Shown piece after piece: positions 10,769 through 20,371 of a DNA stretch of 64,000 nt. The first letter of the stretch is position 1. Each line of letters begins with the position of its first letter. The notes beneath the pieces were generated by a model. It did not search any database. It was given only the letters and a program-made list of their open reading frames with translations, and was not told the DNA's origin. Source of the stretch: Ignavibacteriota bacterium (GTDB taxonomy: Bacteria > Bacteroidota > Ignavibacteria > UBA10030 > CAVZMI01); NCBI GenBank assembly GCA_963776275.1, contig CAVZMI010000015.1, positions 32,001 to 96,000 of the forward strand, read 5' to 3'. Both the position numbers and the translations under genes were made by a program.

Positions 10769-11854
10769 GTGAAAGTAATTTTTGCCGGTGGTGGAACGGG
10801 AGGACACGTCTTCCCGGCGATAGCGATAGCAGATGAAGTTAAAAAGCTTGACCCATCGTCTGAGATATTGTTCGTCGGGACAAAGGAACGGATTGAGTCG
10901 AGGCTTGTTCCACAGAAAGGATATCCGTTCCGGACAATCTGGATCAGCGGTTTTCGCCGGAAACTCTCTCTGGATAATCTTCTGTTTCCATTGAAAGTTC
11001 TGGTCTCGCTCATGCAGTCGTTCATATTACTTAAGAGCGAGAAGCCCGATGTTGTGGTCGGCACGGGAGGATATGTCTGTGGTCCCGTGTTGTACGTTGC
11101 ATCGATTCTGGAAATCCCGACGGTTGTGCAGGAACAGAATAGTCTGCCCGGTGTAACAACACGATTGCTAAGCAGGCGCGCGACGGAGGTTCATCTTATG
11201 TTTGAGTCGGCTGTCCGGTATCTGAAACGGAGCGATAATGTAAAAATTACAGGGAATCCGACTCGTGAGATTCTTGGAAGTATTTCAAGAAAAGATGCGC
11301 TGCACTATTTCGGATTTGTTGGATCGAAAAAGACATTGCTGGTATTGGGGGGAAGCCTTGGCGCTCTTTCAATTAATAATGCAGTCGTACGGTGTCTGAA
11401 AGATTTTGGGAATGCGGGAATTCAAATCATTTGGCAGACCGGCGAGCAGGATTATGAACGTGTCAGGTCACTGACCGGAGAATTCCCGGACGTGAAAGTG
11501 TTCAAGTTCATTGAATCAATGGAGTATGCCTATGCAGCCGCTGATCTCACGCTTTGTCGTGCCGGTGCAATCACAATTGCCGAATTGACACGGCTGGGTG
11601 TACCGACTGTGCTTATTCCGTATCCGTATGCGGCCGCAAATCATCAGGTAGAAAATGCAAAAGCTATAGTGAAAGCTCATGCTGCCGAGATGATTATGGA
11701 CCATGAAACAGATCGGAAAACATGCGAAATGGTACTCAGTCTGATCCGTGATGATGCACGATTAAAAACAATGCATGAAAACAGTTTGATGCTCGGCAAA
11801 CCGGCTGCGGCAAAAGATATTGCCCGATCAGTGGTTGCACTGGGTCATCGATGA
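10769..11854 (+). CDS. murG: Undecaprenyl-PP-MurNAc-pentapeptide GlcNAc transferase
   Basis: GGGTGGHVFP, GTGGY, EQN, GGSLGA, HQVENA. Confidence 0.97.
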   Translation: MKVIFAGGGTGGHVFPAIAIADEVKKLDPSSEILFVGTKERIESRLVPQKGYPFRTIWISGFRRKLSLDNLLFPLKVLVSLMQSFILLKSEKPDVVVGTGGYVCGPVLYVASILEIPTVVQEQNSLPGVTTRLLSRRATEVHLMFESAVRYLKRSDNVKITGNPTREILGSISRKDALHYFGFVGSKKTLLVLGGSLGALSINNAVVRCLKDFGNAGIQIIWQTGEQDYERVRSLTGEFPDVKVFKFIESMEYAYAAADLTLCRAGAITIAELTRLGVPTVLIPYPYAAANHQVENAKAIVKAHAAEMIMDHETDRKTCEMVLSLIRDDARLKTMHENSLMLGKPAAAKDIARSVVALGHR

Positions 11855-12345
11855 TGGAAGAACAAAAAAACATATATCGATATAAACTCGACTTCTACTA
11901 CCAGCAGTTGATCATCTATCTCGTAACATTGATCGTCTATGCCGGAGTCCGGGGAACATTTTCTGTTGATGGTTTTACGGTAGTATGGCGTGATCCAATT
12001 CTTTATATCATTCTGATTTTCGTTCTCATTTCGTCTGTTGTACTAATTCTCAATCGTATTCGGGATAAGAAATTGATAATTGAGAATGAAGCCATGGTCT
12101 TTAAGAACCGCTTTCATGAAATGCGTGTAGAATTAAACAACATTGAATGGATGCACATCGGCCGGGAACGTCATGTCCAGACAAGCGGCCGATTTCAGGT
12201 GGTTGTGATAAAGATGAAACACCGGCGCCGCACACTGCGCATTCGTATGGGCCGGTATGAACGGGACAAGGAACTTATTATTGAAATGCAGCGGATTGCT
12301 TTGAAAGTACCCAAAGGACGCCAAAGGCGATTCGGTCTGCGTTGA
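11851..12345 (+). CDS. Hypothetical membrane protein (2 TM + basic soluble beta-rich domain)
   Basis: 164-aa ORF; start overlaps murG stop (ATGA) and it ends just before murC; two hydrophobic segments. Confidence 0.8.
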   Translation: MMEEQKNIYRYKLDFYYQQLIIYLVTLIVYAGVRGTFSVDGFTVVWRDPILYIILIFVLISSVVLILNRIRDKKLIIENEAMVFKNRFHEMRVELNNIEWMHIGRERHVQTSGRFQVVVIKMKHRRRTLRIRMGRYERDKELIIEMQRIALKVPKGRQRRFGLR

Positions 12346-12353
12346 AAGGACAT

Positions 12354-13739
12354 ATGTTTAGCAGCATTAAAAAATTGCATTTTATCGGGATCGGGGGCAT
12401 CGGGATGAGCGGCATCGCAGAGATCTTGATCGACCAGGGATTTGTTATTTCGGGGTCGGACAGAATGGCAAGCGAGGTCACTGAACATCTGAAGTCCCTC
12501 GGTGCAAAAATCTATATCGGGCATAGCCCGAAGAATGTCGACATCGACGTTGATGTTGTTGTATATTCTTCGGCTGTCACGATGGATAATCCAGAAGTGG
12601 TGGAGGCACTGCAGCGAAAAATTCCGACGGTTCGCCGTGCCGAGATGCTCGCCGAGCTGACACGGCTAAAATATAGCATCGGAGTTGCAGGAACCCATGG
12701 AAAAACAACGACTACGTCGATGATCAGCCTGGTCCTTATGTCCGGCGATCTTGATCCGACGGTTGTCGTCGGCGGAAAGCTGAGCGGACTCGGCGGAACA
12801 AATGCACGACTAGGTAAAGGAGAATTTATCGTCGTCGAAGCAGATGAATTTGATCGTTCATTCCTCTCGTTGACACCAACAATAGCAGTGCTCACAACGC
12901 TCGAGACCGATCATCTTGATTGTTACCGTGATCTCGAAGATATCAAAGGGGCATTTCTCCAGTTTGCGGAGAAAGTTCCGTTCTACGGCTTTGTAGTTCT
13001 TTGCCTCGATGAACCGGCATTACAGGATATTATGCCCCAGATTGCAAAAAAGAAAATCATCACCTATGGTATCAATCCACAGGCCGATTTGCAGGCGGTG
13101 GACATTGTTGCCAAGGGAAATACAACGACCTTTACTGTGATGCATGAATATGCAGAACTTGGTCTCGTGAAATTGCAGGTGCCGGGGCTTCATAATATCC
13201 AGAATGCACTGGCGGCGATTGCAGTAGGACTCGAACTCGGTGTGCCGTTCATGAAAGTGAAAGACGGTCTTGAAAGATTTGCCGGAGTGTATCGCCGATG
13301 GGAGTTGAAATCTGAAGCACACGGCATCAGTGTATATGACGATTACGCGCACCATCCTACCGAAATCAAAGCGACGCTTCAGGGCGTCAAAGCCGGATGG
13401 CGGCGCCGGGTCATCTGTGTGTTTCAACCGCATCTGTATTCGCGAACGCGTGATTTTGCCGAGGAATTTGGTCGCTCATTTTTCAATGCCGATATCCTTA
13501 TAGTGACCGATATTTATCCGGCCCGGGAAGAACCGATTCAGGGTGTTAGCGGTATGTCAATTACCGAAACTGCGCATCGATTCGGCCATAAAGAAGTCCA
13601 TTACGTTCCCGATAAAGCAAAAGTACCGGATTTTCTTTTGTCGATCGTGCGGAACGATGACATAGTGATTACCATGGGCGCCGGCGATATTTGGAAATAT
13701 GGTGAACAGTTCATTAAAAAACTTGCCTTGAAGCCATAA
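12354..13739 (+). CDS. murC: UDP-MurNAc:L-Ala ligase
   Basis: GIGGIGMSGIA, GTHGKTTT, EADEFD, DDYAHHPTE, FQPHLYSRT. Confidence 0.98.
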   Translation: MFSSIKKLHFIGIGGIGMSGIAEILIDQGFVISGSDRMASEVTEHLKSLGAKIYIGHSPKNVDIDVDVVVYSSAVTMDNPEVVEALQRKIPTVRRAEMLAELTRLKYSIGVAGTHGKTTTTSMISLVLMSGDLDPTVVVGGKLSGLGGTNARLGKGEFIVVEADEFDRSFLSLTPTIAVLTTLETDHLDCYRDLEDIKGAFLQFAEKVPFYGFVVLCLDEPALQDIMPQIAKKKIITYGINPQADLQAVDIVAKGNTTTFTVMHEYAELGLVKLQVPGLHNIQNALAAIAVGLELGVPFMKVKDGLERFAGVYRRWELKSEAHGISVYDDYAHHPTEIKATLQGVKAGWRRRVICVFQPHLYSRTRDFAEEFGRSFFNADILIVTDIYPAREEPIQGVSGMSITETAHRFGHKEVHYVPDKAKVPDFLLSIVRNDDIVITMGAGDIWKYGEQFIKKLALKP

Positions 13740-13764
13740 ACTTATACGCCTTTGGCGTAAAAAA

Positions 13765-14580
13765 ATGACTGAAGATATTAACAGTATACCACAAAGAAAA
13801 CAAGAGTCTCTACCGAAGACGCAGAAGAAAAAAGAAATCGCAGGATTCCTGCTTCTTGTCATCGGTATTGCGGTGATTGCCGGCGGTGAAATCGGCTGGC
13901 GCCAAGAATTAACGGTCGATACGATTGCTATCGAAGGAAATCACGTTGTCCCTGCGCATGAAATTATATCATTGGCAAATATCGTTGCCGGCTCGAAACT
14001 CTCGACAATCAAATTGACTGTAATTCGTGAGCGTATTTTGCAGAATGCATTTATCAAAGAGGTTACAATACGACGTGATCTCCCGGGAGACATTGTTATT
14101 TCTGTCGTTGAACGTACGCCGGTTGCCTTTATAAATGCCGACCAGTTGATAAGCTGCGATGCAGAGGGAATAGTTATGCCGCATATGATGTCTGCCGAAG
14201 TGGTGAATCTCCCGGTTATTTCTGGGATTCAAAATACGGAGAGATTGCAGCAGGGGAAAGCAATAGAAGATACTATTACACGCGAAGCTCTAACATTGCT
14301 GTTGTATGCAGCAGAAATCGATTCATCGGTGTTTCAAATGATATCTGAAGTTTGCGCGATTAACGGTGGTGAAATGGTAATATACACCACCGACTACGGT
14401 GTACCGGTTATGATCGGCCACGGGAGAATAGCAGAGAAAATAGCAATACTCTCATCATTCTGGAAAGAAGTAATACGTCCTGGAACTAGTCGATCACTCG
14501 AATCGATAAACGTCCGGTTTCAGGATCAGGTGGTTGTCCGTTGGGCGGATAACGCCCGGACATCAACACAACCGGGATAA
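13765..14580 (+). CDS. ftsQ: Cell division protein FtsQ/DivIB
   Basis: TM helix, POTRA-like segment (IEGN...RDLPGDIVISVVERTP), C-terminal INVRFQDQVVV; position before ftsA. Confidence 0.88.
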   Translation: MTEDINSIPQRKQESLPKTQKKKEIAGFLLLVIGIAVIAGGEIGWRQELTVDTIAIEGNHVVPAHEIISLANIVAGSKLSTIKLTVIRERILQNAFIKEVTIRRDLPGDIVISVVERTPVAFINADQLISCDAEGIVMPHMMSAEVVNLPVISGIQNTERLQQGKAIEDTITREALTLLLYAAEIDSSVFQMISEVCAINGGEMVIYTTDYGVPVMIGHGRIAEKIAILSSFWKEVIRPGTSRSLESINVRFQDQVVVRWADNARTSTQPG

Positions 14581-14601
14581 GTGTTTCATGAGGAATGAAG
14601 C

Positions 14602-15880
14602 ATGGAAGAAATTATTGTTGGACTTGACATAGGCACAACAAAAGTATGTGCAATTGTGGCATCGACCGAAGCAAGTGATGATGGAGCAGTTGCTCCGGGT
14701 GAACCGGCAAAGCACGGGCGGATTAACATTCTCGGTATCGGACGGAGTGTCTCCGACGGTCTTACACGCGGTGTCGTGACCAATATAGACAAAACGGTCC
14801 GCTCGATTCAATCTGCAGTCGCCGACGCAGAATCGCAGTCCGGCATAAAAATCAACTCGGTCACGGTGGGCATAGCAGGCGATCATATCCAAAGCTTTCA
14901 GAGCCGGGGCGTGATTGCCATCAGCGGGTCCGGAAAAAGAAATCACGCAGGCCGATGTCGATCGGTTGATCGAAGATACGAAACGTGTTGCGCTTCCGGC
15001 AGACAGGAAAATTATTCATGTAATTCCTCAGGAATTTATAATTGACGGTCAGGATGGTGTGTACGATCCGGTCGGTATGTCGGGTGTACGCATGGAAGCC
15101 AATGTGCATATTATTACCGGATTAATCACGGCGGCACAGAATATTTATAAATGTGTCCAGCGTGCGAAACTCGAAGTGAGCGACATGGTTCTTGAACCAC
15201 TTGCATCAAGTTACGCCGTGCTGGATGAAGAGGAAAAAGAAGTCGGTGTGGCACTGCTCGATATCGGAGGCGGGACGACAGATCTCGCTGTGTTTGAAGA
15301 AAAGACAATTCGCCATACTGCGGTGATCGGCATTGCCGGTAAGAAAGTGACAGATGATATCCGAAAAGGACTCGGTATTCTCGGAGAACAGGCCGAAAAA
15401 TTAAAAATTGACCACGGATTTGCATATCAACCGTCTATTATCGATAACGAAACGATCATCCTGCCCGGTATCAGCGGTCGAGCGCCGATAGAACTCGATA
15501 AACAACTACTGTGTCAGATCATCCAACCGCGGATGGAAGAAATTCTGGAAATTTCAGCAATGGAAATTAAGAGATCGGGATATTCAAAGCATCTCTCGGC
15601 CGGAGTCGTGCTTACCGGCGGCGGCTCATTGATCAAAGGAACGGCGGAGCTTGCACGTGAAGTGCTGGGGATGACGACCAAAATCGGTATTCCCCAGGGA
15701 TTCTATGCAGGATTGGTTCGCGAGATCGAGAATCCGATCTATGCGACAGGTGTAGGACTTATTCTTCATACGCTGCGAAATAAAGATCGTTCAACACTCA
15801 ATGCCCTGAAAAATGGGAAGAGCGCACGTTCGAGCAGCAATATTTTTAAGAGAATGAAAATGTGGTTTGACGAATTATAA
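14602..15880 (+). CDS. ftsA: Cell division protein FtsA, split by a +1 frameshift near 14926-14928 (probable sequencing error)
   Basis: GLDIGTTKV in ORF 14602; DIGGGTTD and VLTGGGS in ORF 14915; removing one G from GCGGGT restores ...[11 protein letters not shown]. Confidence 0.92.
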
Positions 15881-15911
15881 ATCATCAATCAATAACAGAA
15901 GGAGAGACAAC

Positions 15912-17081
15912 GTGATCGAACTTGCTAGTCCGTATGAGCGCGGCGCGAAAATCCGGGTCGTCGGCGTTGGTGGAGGCGGAGGAAATGCTGTTAATGGGAT
16001 GATCGACAAAGGTCTCACAGGCGTCGAGTTCATCGCCATTAATTGTGACCTGCAGGCGCTTGATCGCAACAAAGCTCCAAATAAAATTCAGATCGGAAAG
16101 AATTTGACCCGTGGTTTGGGAGCCGGATCTGATCCTTCGATCGGTCATCGTGCCGTTGAAGAAGATCGTGAAGAAATCGCCAGATTTCTTAGCGGCAGCG
16201 ATATGGTCTTCGTAACCGCAGGTATGGGCGGCGGAACGGGGACAGGCGGCGCACCGCTGGTGGCAAATATCGCGAAAAGCGTCGGTGCCTTGGTCGTCAG
16301 CATTGTAACGAAACCGTTCAACTGCGAAGGGAAGAAACGCCTTCAACAATCAGAGATAGGAATTGAGGAACTGAAGAAGCAGGTCGACACGCTGATCGTT
16401 ATTCCAAATCAGAAGCTCCTGTCGATTGTTGAGCGCATGACGCCGCTGCTGGAGGCCTTTGCGGTTGCCGATCAGGTGCTGTACAATGCTACACGCGGCA
16501 TCTCAGAGCTGATAACGGTGCCGGGTTTAATCAACGTTGATTTTGCCGATGTCCGCACCATCATGCGTGAAATGGGTGACGCGATCATGGGTTCGGGTGT
16601 TGCAACCGGGGAACACCGGGCGACCGAAGCGGCGAATAATGCTATATCTAGTCCGCTGCTCGACGGAGTTTCAATTGCCGGTGCGCAGGGTGTGCTGGTC
16701 AATGTCACCGGCGGAAGGGATATGTCGCTTGCCGAGCTTGACGAAGCGACGTCGATCATCCACGATGCTGCAGGCGATGATGCTAATGTCATACTCGGTG
16801 CAGTGGTCGATGATACGTTCACAGACGAGATCATGGTGACGGTGATTGCGACAGGCTTCGGTAAGAAGGCGGCAGCAATACGTCCGCCAAAAGCTGCAAC
16901 AAAGATGCTCGACCGTATCCCGACAGGATTGCAGGAATTACAGAAGCTTGATGAGCCGACATTTATCCGGAAGGGAATTCCGCTTTCGATTAATGCATTT
17001 CAGGCGAACGAGAATGCGGGTCAGAAAATAGATAAAGCCGATCCAGAAAAGCCGGCGTTCCTGCGAAAAATTATGGATTAG
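15912..17081 (+). CDS. ftsZ: Cell division protein FtsZ
   Basis: [27 protein letters not shown]-terminal PAFLRKIMD; GTG start at 15912 after AGGAG. Confidence 0.98.
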   Translation: MIELASPYERGAKIRVVGVGGGGGNAVNGMIDKGLTGVEFIAINCDLQALDRNKAPNKIQIGKNLTRGLGAGSDPSIGHRAVEEDREEIARFLSGSDMVFVTAGMGGGTGTGGAPLVANIAKSVGALVVSIVTKPFNCEGKKRLQQSEIGIEELKKQVDTLIVIPNQKLLSIVERMTPLLEAFAVADQVLYNATRGISELITVPGLINVDFADVRTIMREMGDAIMGSGVATGEHRATEAANNAISSPLLDGVSIAGAQGVLVNVTGGRDMSLAELDEATSIIHDAAGDDANVILGAVVDDTFTDEIMVTVIATGFGKKAAAIRPPKAATKMLDRIPTGLQELQKLDEPTFIRKGIPLSINAFQANENAGQKIDKADPEKPAFLRKIMD

Positions 17082-17130
17082 GTCGGAAGTAAAAAGCATC
17101 CAATAGTTGGTCAGGTGTACAGAATTTCAT

Positions 17131-17177
17131 AAGGCAAGATGTTCCTTGAATAGAGGAGCATGCTTGCCTTTTTATTT
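17131..17177 (+). terminator. Intrinsic terminator of dcw operon
   Basis: AAGGCAAG...CTTGCCTT stem followed by TTTATTT. Confidence 0.75.
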
Positions 17178-17711
17178 GACTTTCTTATACCAATCGTTTA
17201 ACTTTTTGCGAAGTGCGTATTGCAAATCACATATTACTCATATTCCGGCTCTATTTTACAATTGTATAAAGAATCTCCAGATTTTAAACAATTGTTTATC
17301 ATTCTTAAGGAAAAACCGGCTGTAGGTAATATTGCCCCTGCTGATTGGCCGGAGAAAATGTACGCGTATGATAAAAAATCTTGTTCGTTATCTCACTTAC
17401 CATTGAGTGATAATGCGTTTACAACAATTAGAAAAATGTTATGGGAAAAATAAAATCTACTTATTTCGCATCTCCTCCTTTTGAGTAACTTATTCGGCGA
17501 ATCTGGCGGGTCCTGATAATATTATGGAGATAATTCAGTTTTCCTGTCCAAGACTTTATATTAGAACTTCCGGAAAAATCTAGGATTTATTTTGCGGTTT
17601 TTTAGATAGATTTTTATACTTGAAATTCTACAATTATTTCTGTAAAGTCTCTCAAGCATATGGTTTAAGAAAGATGTCAATATTATGATTAATTCCTTAG
17701 AGAGGTGTCTT

Positions 17712-18581
17712 ATGAGAAAATATGCATTGGTTATTTTCCTTGTTACTCTCTGCATTATCATTTCGGATAATCTGCTGGCACAGAAAAAACCTAAAAATCC
17801 GACGCCACAGGCACCGGTAACTTCACCGACACTGGAACCGGCACCGGTAATACCGCAGTCGGGTATTCGTGATAAGAAAGGAAATGCGATTGAGCCCGAT
17901 ATGATTCTCATCCCGGCCGGCTCATTCATGATGGGAAGCGATAGTAATGAAACGAATGAAAAACCGGCCCACCAAGTAACCCTTAATGCCTTTTATATTG
18001 GTAAGTTTGAAATTACAAACAGACAATATAAGGCATTTATCGAATTCACAGGACTCAAACCTCCGTCAACATGGGAAGACGGAAATTTTCCGGAACAACT
18101 TGCCGATCATCCTATTACTGGAATTACATGGGAAGACGCATACGCTTACTGCGACTGGCTGAGCGATTTCGCGAAGAAAAAGTATCGACTTCCCACAGAA
18201 GCAGAATGGGAGCGTGCTGCACGTGGCGGACTAAAAGAGATGAAATTCCCGTGGGGGAATGATATCAACAAGCTCCGCGCAAATTTCGGAAAGAATTATT
18301 CCGAAGGAACGACTCCAGCAGGAAAAATTAAACCGAATGAATTCGGCGTATGCGACATGGCAGGCAATGTCGCTGAATGGACGGCTGATTGGTTCTTAGA
18401 TGAGTACTACGCGCAAAGTTCGAAAGAAAATCCAAAAGGACCCGACAATGGAAGTAAAAAAGTAGTGCGCGGCGGTTCTTGGCGTGACGATCCGGAAGAT
18501 ATAAGAGTCTCGGTGAGAAAATATGAAAGTCCGACATCGGCGAGCGAGTATATCGGGTTCCGTGTGGTAAGAGAAAAATGA
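17712..18581 (+). CDS. Secreted formylglycine-generating-enzyme (FGE-sulfatase/SUMF1) family protein
   Basis: Signal peptide; IPAGSFMMG, RLPTEAEWERAARGG, DMAGNVAEW, RGGSW, YIGFRVV. Confidence 0.93.
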   Translation: MRKYALVIFLVTLCIIISDNLLAQKKPKNPTPQAPVTSPTLEPAPVIPQSGIRDKKGNAIEPDMILIPAGSFMMGSDSNETNEKPAHQVTLNAFYIGKFEITNRQYKAFIEFTGLKPPSTWEDGNFPEQLADHPITGITWEDAYAYCDWLSDFAKKKYRLPTEAEWERAARGGLKEMKFPWGNDINKLRANFGKNYSEGTTPAGKIKPNEFGVCDMAGNVAEWTADWFLDEYYAQSSKENPKGPDNGSKKVVRGGSWRDDPEDIRVSVRKYESPTSASEYIGFRVVREK

Positions 18582-18689
18582 GGAAAAGATACTTACAATC
18601 AGATCAATGGTTAGATGCCGATATCCATCGATATGAAAATTACAATTTTTAAATCGGCTATATCGGGTTTCAAGTCGTAAGGTAGGGAT

Positions 18690-18731
18690 AAAAAAACACC
18701 CCGCGAATTTAAAATAATCGCGGGGTGTGTT
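18690..18731. terminator. Terminator hairpin between convergent genes
   Basis: ACACCCCGCGA / TCGCGGGGTGT 11-bp stem with A-tract on the left (T-tract on minus strand). Confidence 0.75.
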
Positions 18732-18749
18732 GTGAAAAGCATATTACAT

Positions 18750-19157
18750 TTACTCGGCAGCTTTCTTCGCTGATTTGCTTCTTTGGATGCGTTCTCCCAG
18801 CCATGCTCCTAACAAGGAGAATACAAAAATAATCAGCAATGTAAGAACTGGTTTGCTACCGGTGCCCAATGGAACTGATACAGTGAGTCCAAGCTCGGTC
18901 ATAATATATAAAAGAGCTGAAACAATAACTGCGGCAATTACAATTTCCCATATGGTTACGCCTTTGGAAAGATACCCTGCAATTGCAGCAATCAGAAAGA
19001 CACCGGCTACCGCCCAAATCCTGGCGGCTACTTCCGTGCTCAATACTCCTCCTTGCATGATTAGGAGAACGAGAACATAGAGCACGACGTACATGACAAG
19101 CGAAATCACAACCCACTTCCATTGGAACTTCTTTAATGAACCCGCTTGATCTGCCAT
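18750..19157 (-). CDS. Hypothetical 4-TM membrane protein
   Basis: 135 aa, four hydrophobic helices, GAGGAGG RBS upstream. Confidence 0.8.
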   Translation of the reverse strand: MADQAGSLKKFQWKWVVISLVMYVVLYVLVLLIMQGGVLSTEVAARIWAVAGVFLIAAIAGYLSKGVTIWEIVIAAVIVSALLYIMTELGLTVSVPLGTGSKPVLTLLIIFVFSLLGAWLGERIQRSKSAKKAAE

Positions 19158-19548
19158 TGTGGATCCTCCTCTTAGATGTGGCTGTTCGGTTAATTAATAT
19201 CTAGAGACCCTCCAACTAAATCAATATCTAGAAAAGGTGTGTTTTTCGATGCTATAATATATTCCTAATCCAATAATTTATGTAACCCCGGATACCGAAT
19301 ATTGCTTAAACTCGCCCGATGTTAGAGTCCGATTCTATTTGAAGGCGTCTAAACCTTCAGCCTACGGCGTCGGCGATGGAGCGCTTTAACGTATATATGT
19401 TTCTAGTACAAGTGAAAAGCAAAAATAGTGTGATCGTTCTCGTCGGTTGCATCTCGGTGGTCTATGTTCTACGGTACGAAGATTTTATAAGGATTGGTCG
19501 ATGTACCATCCCACTGTATTTGATCTTGATTGGAACCGTAGTAGGGTG

Positions 19549-19577
19549 AGTATATAAAGAGTAGAGGAAAAATGCAA
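19549..19577 (-). promoter_or_regulatory. Sigma70-type promoter P4 (TTGCAT-17-TATACT)
   Basis: Exact 17-bp spacer; spacer resembles those of P1-P3. Confidence 0.65.
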
Positions 19578-19893
19578 GCAATTAAAATATGTTTGATATC
19601 TTTTTTATTTAATTTTTTGCGAACCTCTATCAACAGCCAATGGTCGCCTTAATATTATCCGGTTTCTTCGAATATTTTGAGGAATTATATGCAAAATTGA
19701 GCTTTTTTCTCCGCTATTTCTCCAAGCTCCTTTTTTCCTCGAGAACAATCAAGTTCGTAAAAGTCCCCCTTTTTCTTCAAAAAAGGGAAAAAGGGTCTTG
19801 CCGTACTTTGTTACACGTTCATATTTTGCATCACCAAAAATGATTCCCGGAATACCTTATATTCAGCTGATTGATGTTAATTATCCAGTATTC

Positions 19894-20085
19894 TCACTTC
19901 TCTTTCTCGAATATGACGACAAGTTCTTCTCTCGCAGCGCCGATGGATGGAATGGTATCGGTGGCAATTGCTATGACCTCCCATCCTTCCGCTGCGTATG
20001 CATTGAGGGCGGCTTCAAGCTTGTCAGAGTCAAACTTACCGCTGAAAAATTTGTCTTTCTGAGTCATTACTTTGTACTGTTTCAT
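19894..20085 (-). CDS. DUF4177 domain small protein
   Basis: MKQYKV...KLEAALNAYAAEGWEV...VIFEK pattern; AAGGAG RBS. Confidence 0.85.
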   Translation of the reverse strand: MKQYKVMTQKDKFFSGKFDSDKLEAALNAYAAEGWEVIAIATDTIPSIGAAREELVVIFEKEK

Positions 20086-20309
20086 GGTGGCTCCTTATGG
20101 AGAATGTTGAATTTATCGCTGACAACAAAGTATTGTGCTGTGTAAAGATTGTATCTCTATCCACCGTGGAAAACTCATTTGTATGTACATAATTCTTTTT
20201 TCTCTGAAAGTCAAACCGATATTTAATCGAGCGATGTCAGTTAAAAACGGTTGAAAAACGGATGGATAATTCATTTATAAAATAACATTTACCTTTAAAA
20301 ATTAGGTAC

Positions 20310-20338
20310 TTGACATTTTATTAAGTAGGATGTAATAT
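20310..20338 (+). promoter_or_regulatory. Putative sigma70 promoter for the DUF3160 gene
   Basis: TTGACA-17-TAATAT. Confidence 0.5.
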
Positions 20339-20371
20339 TGAGTATAAGAGAATTTATAAGGCAGCAAAGCA

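Noticed and set aside
17712-18691. Complete diversity-generating retroelement
   Set aside because: No RT or Avd in the window and mismatches are not adenine-specific; kept only as a relic finding
19372-19390. GGCGATGGAG, resembling the fluoride riboswitch start
   Set aside because: The TTCGCC stem and downstream pseudoknot partner are missing, and no adjacent + strand gene follows
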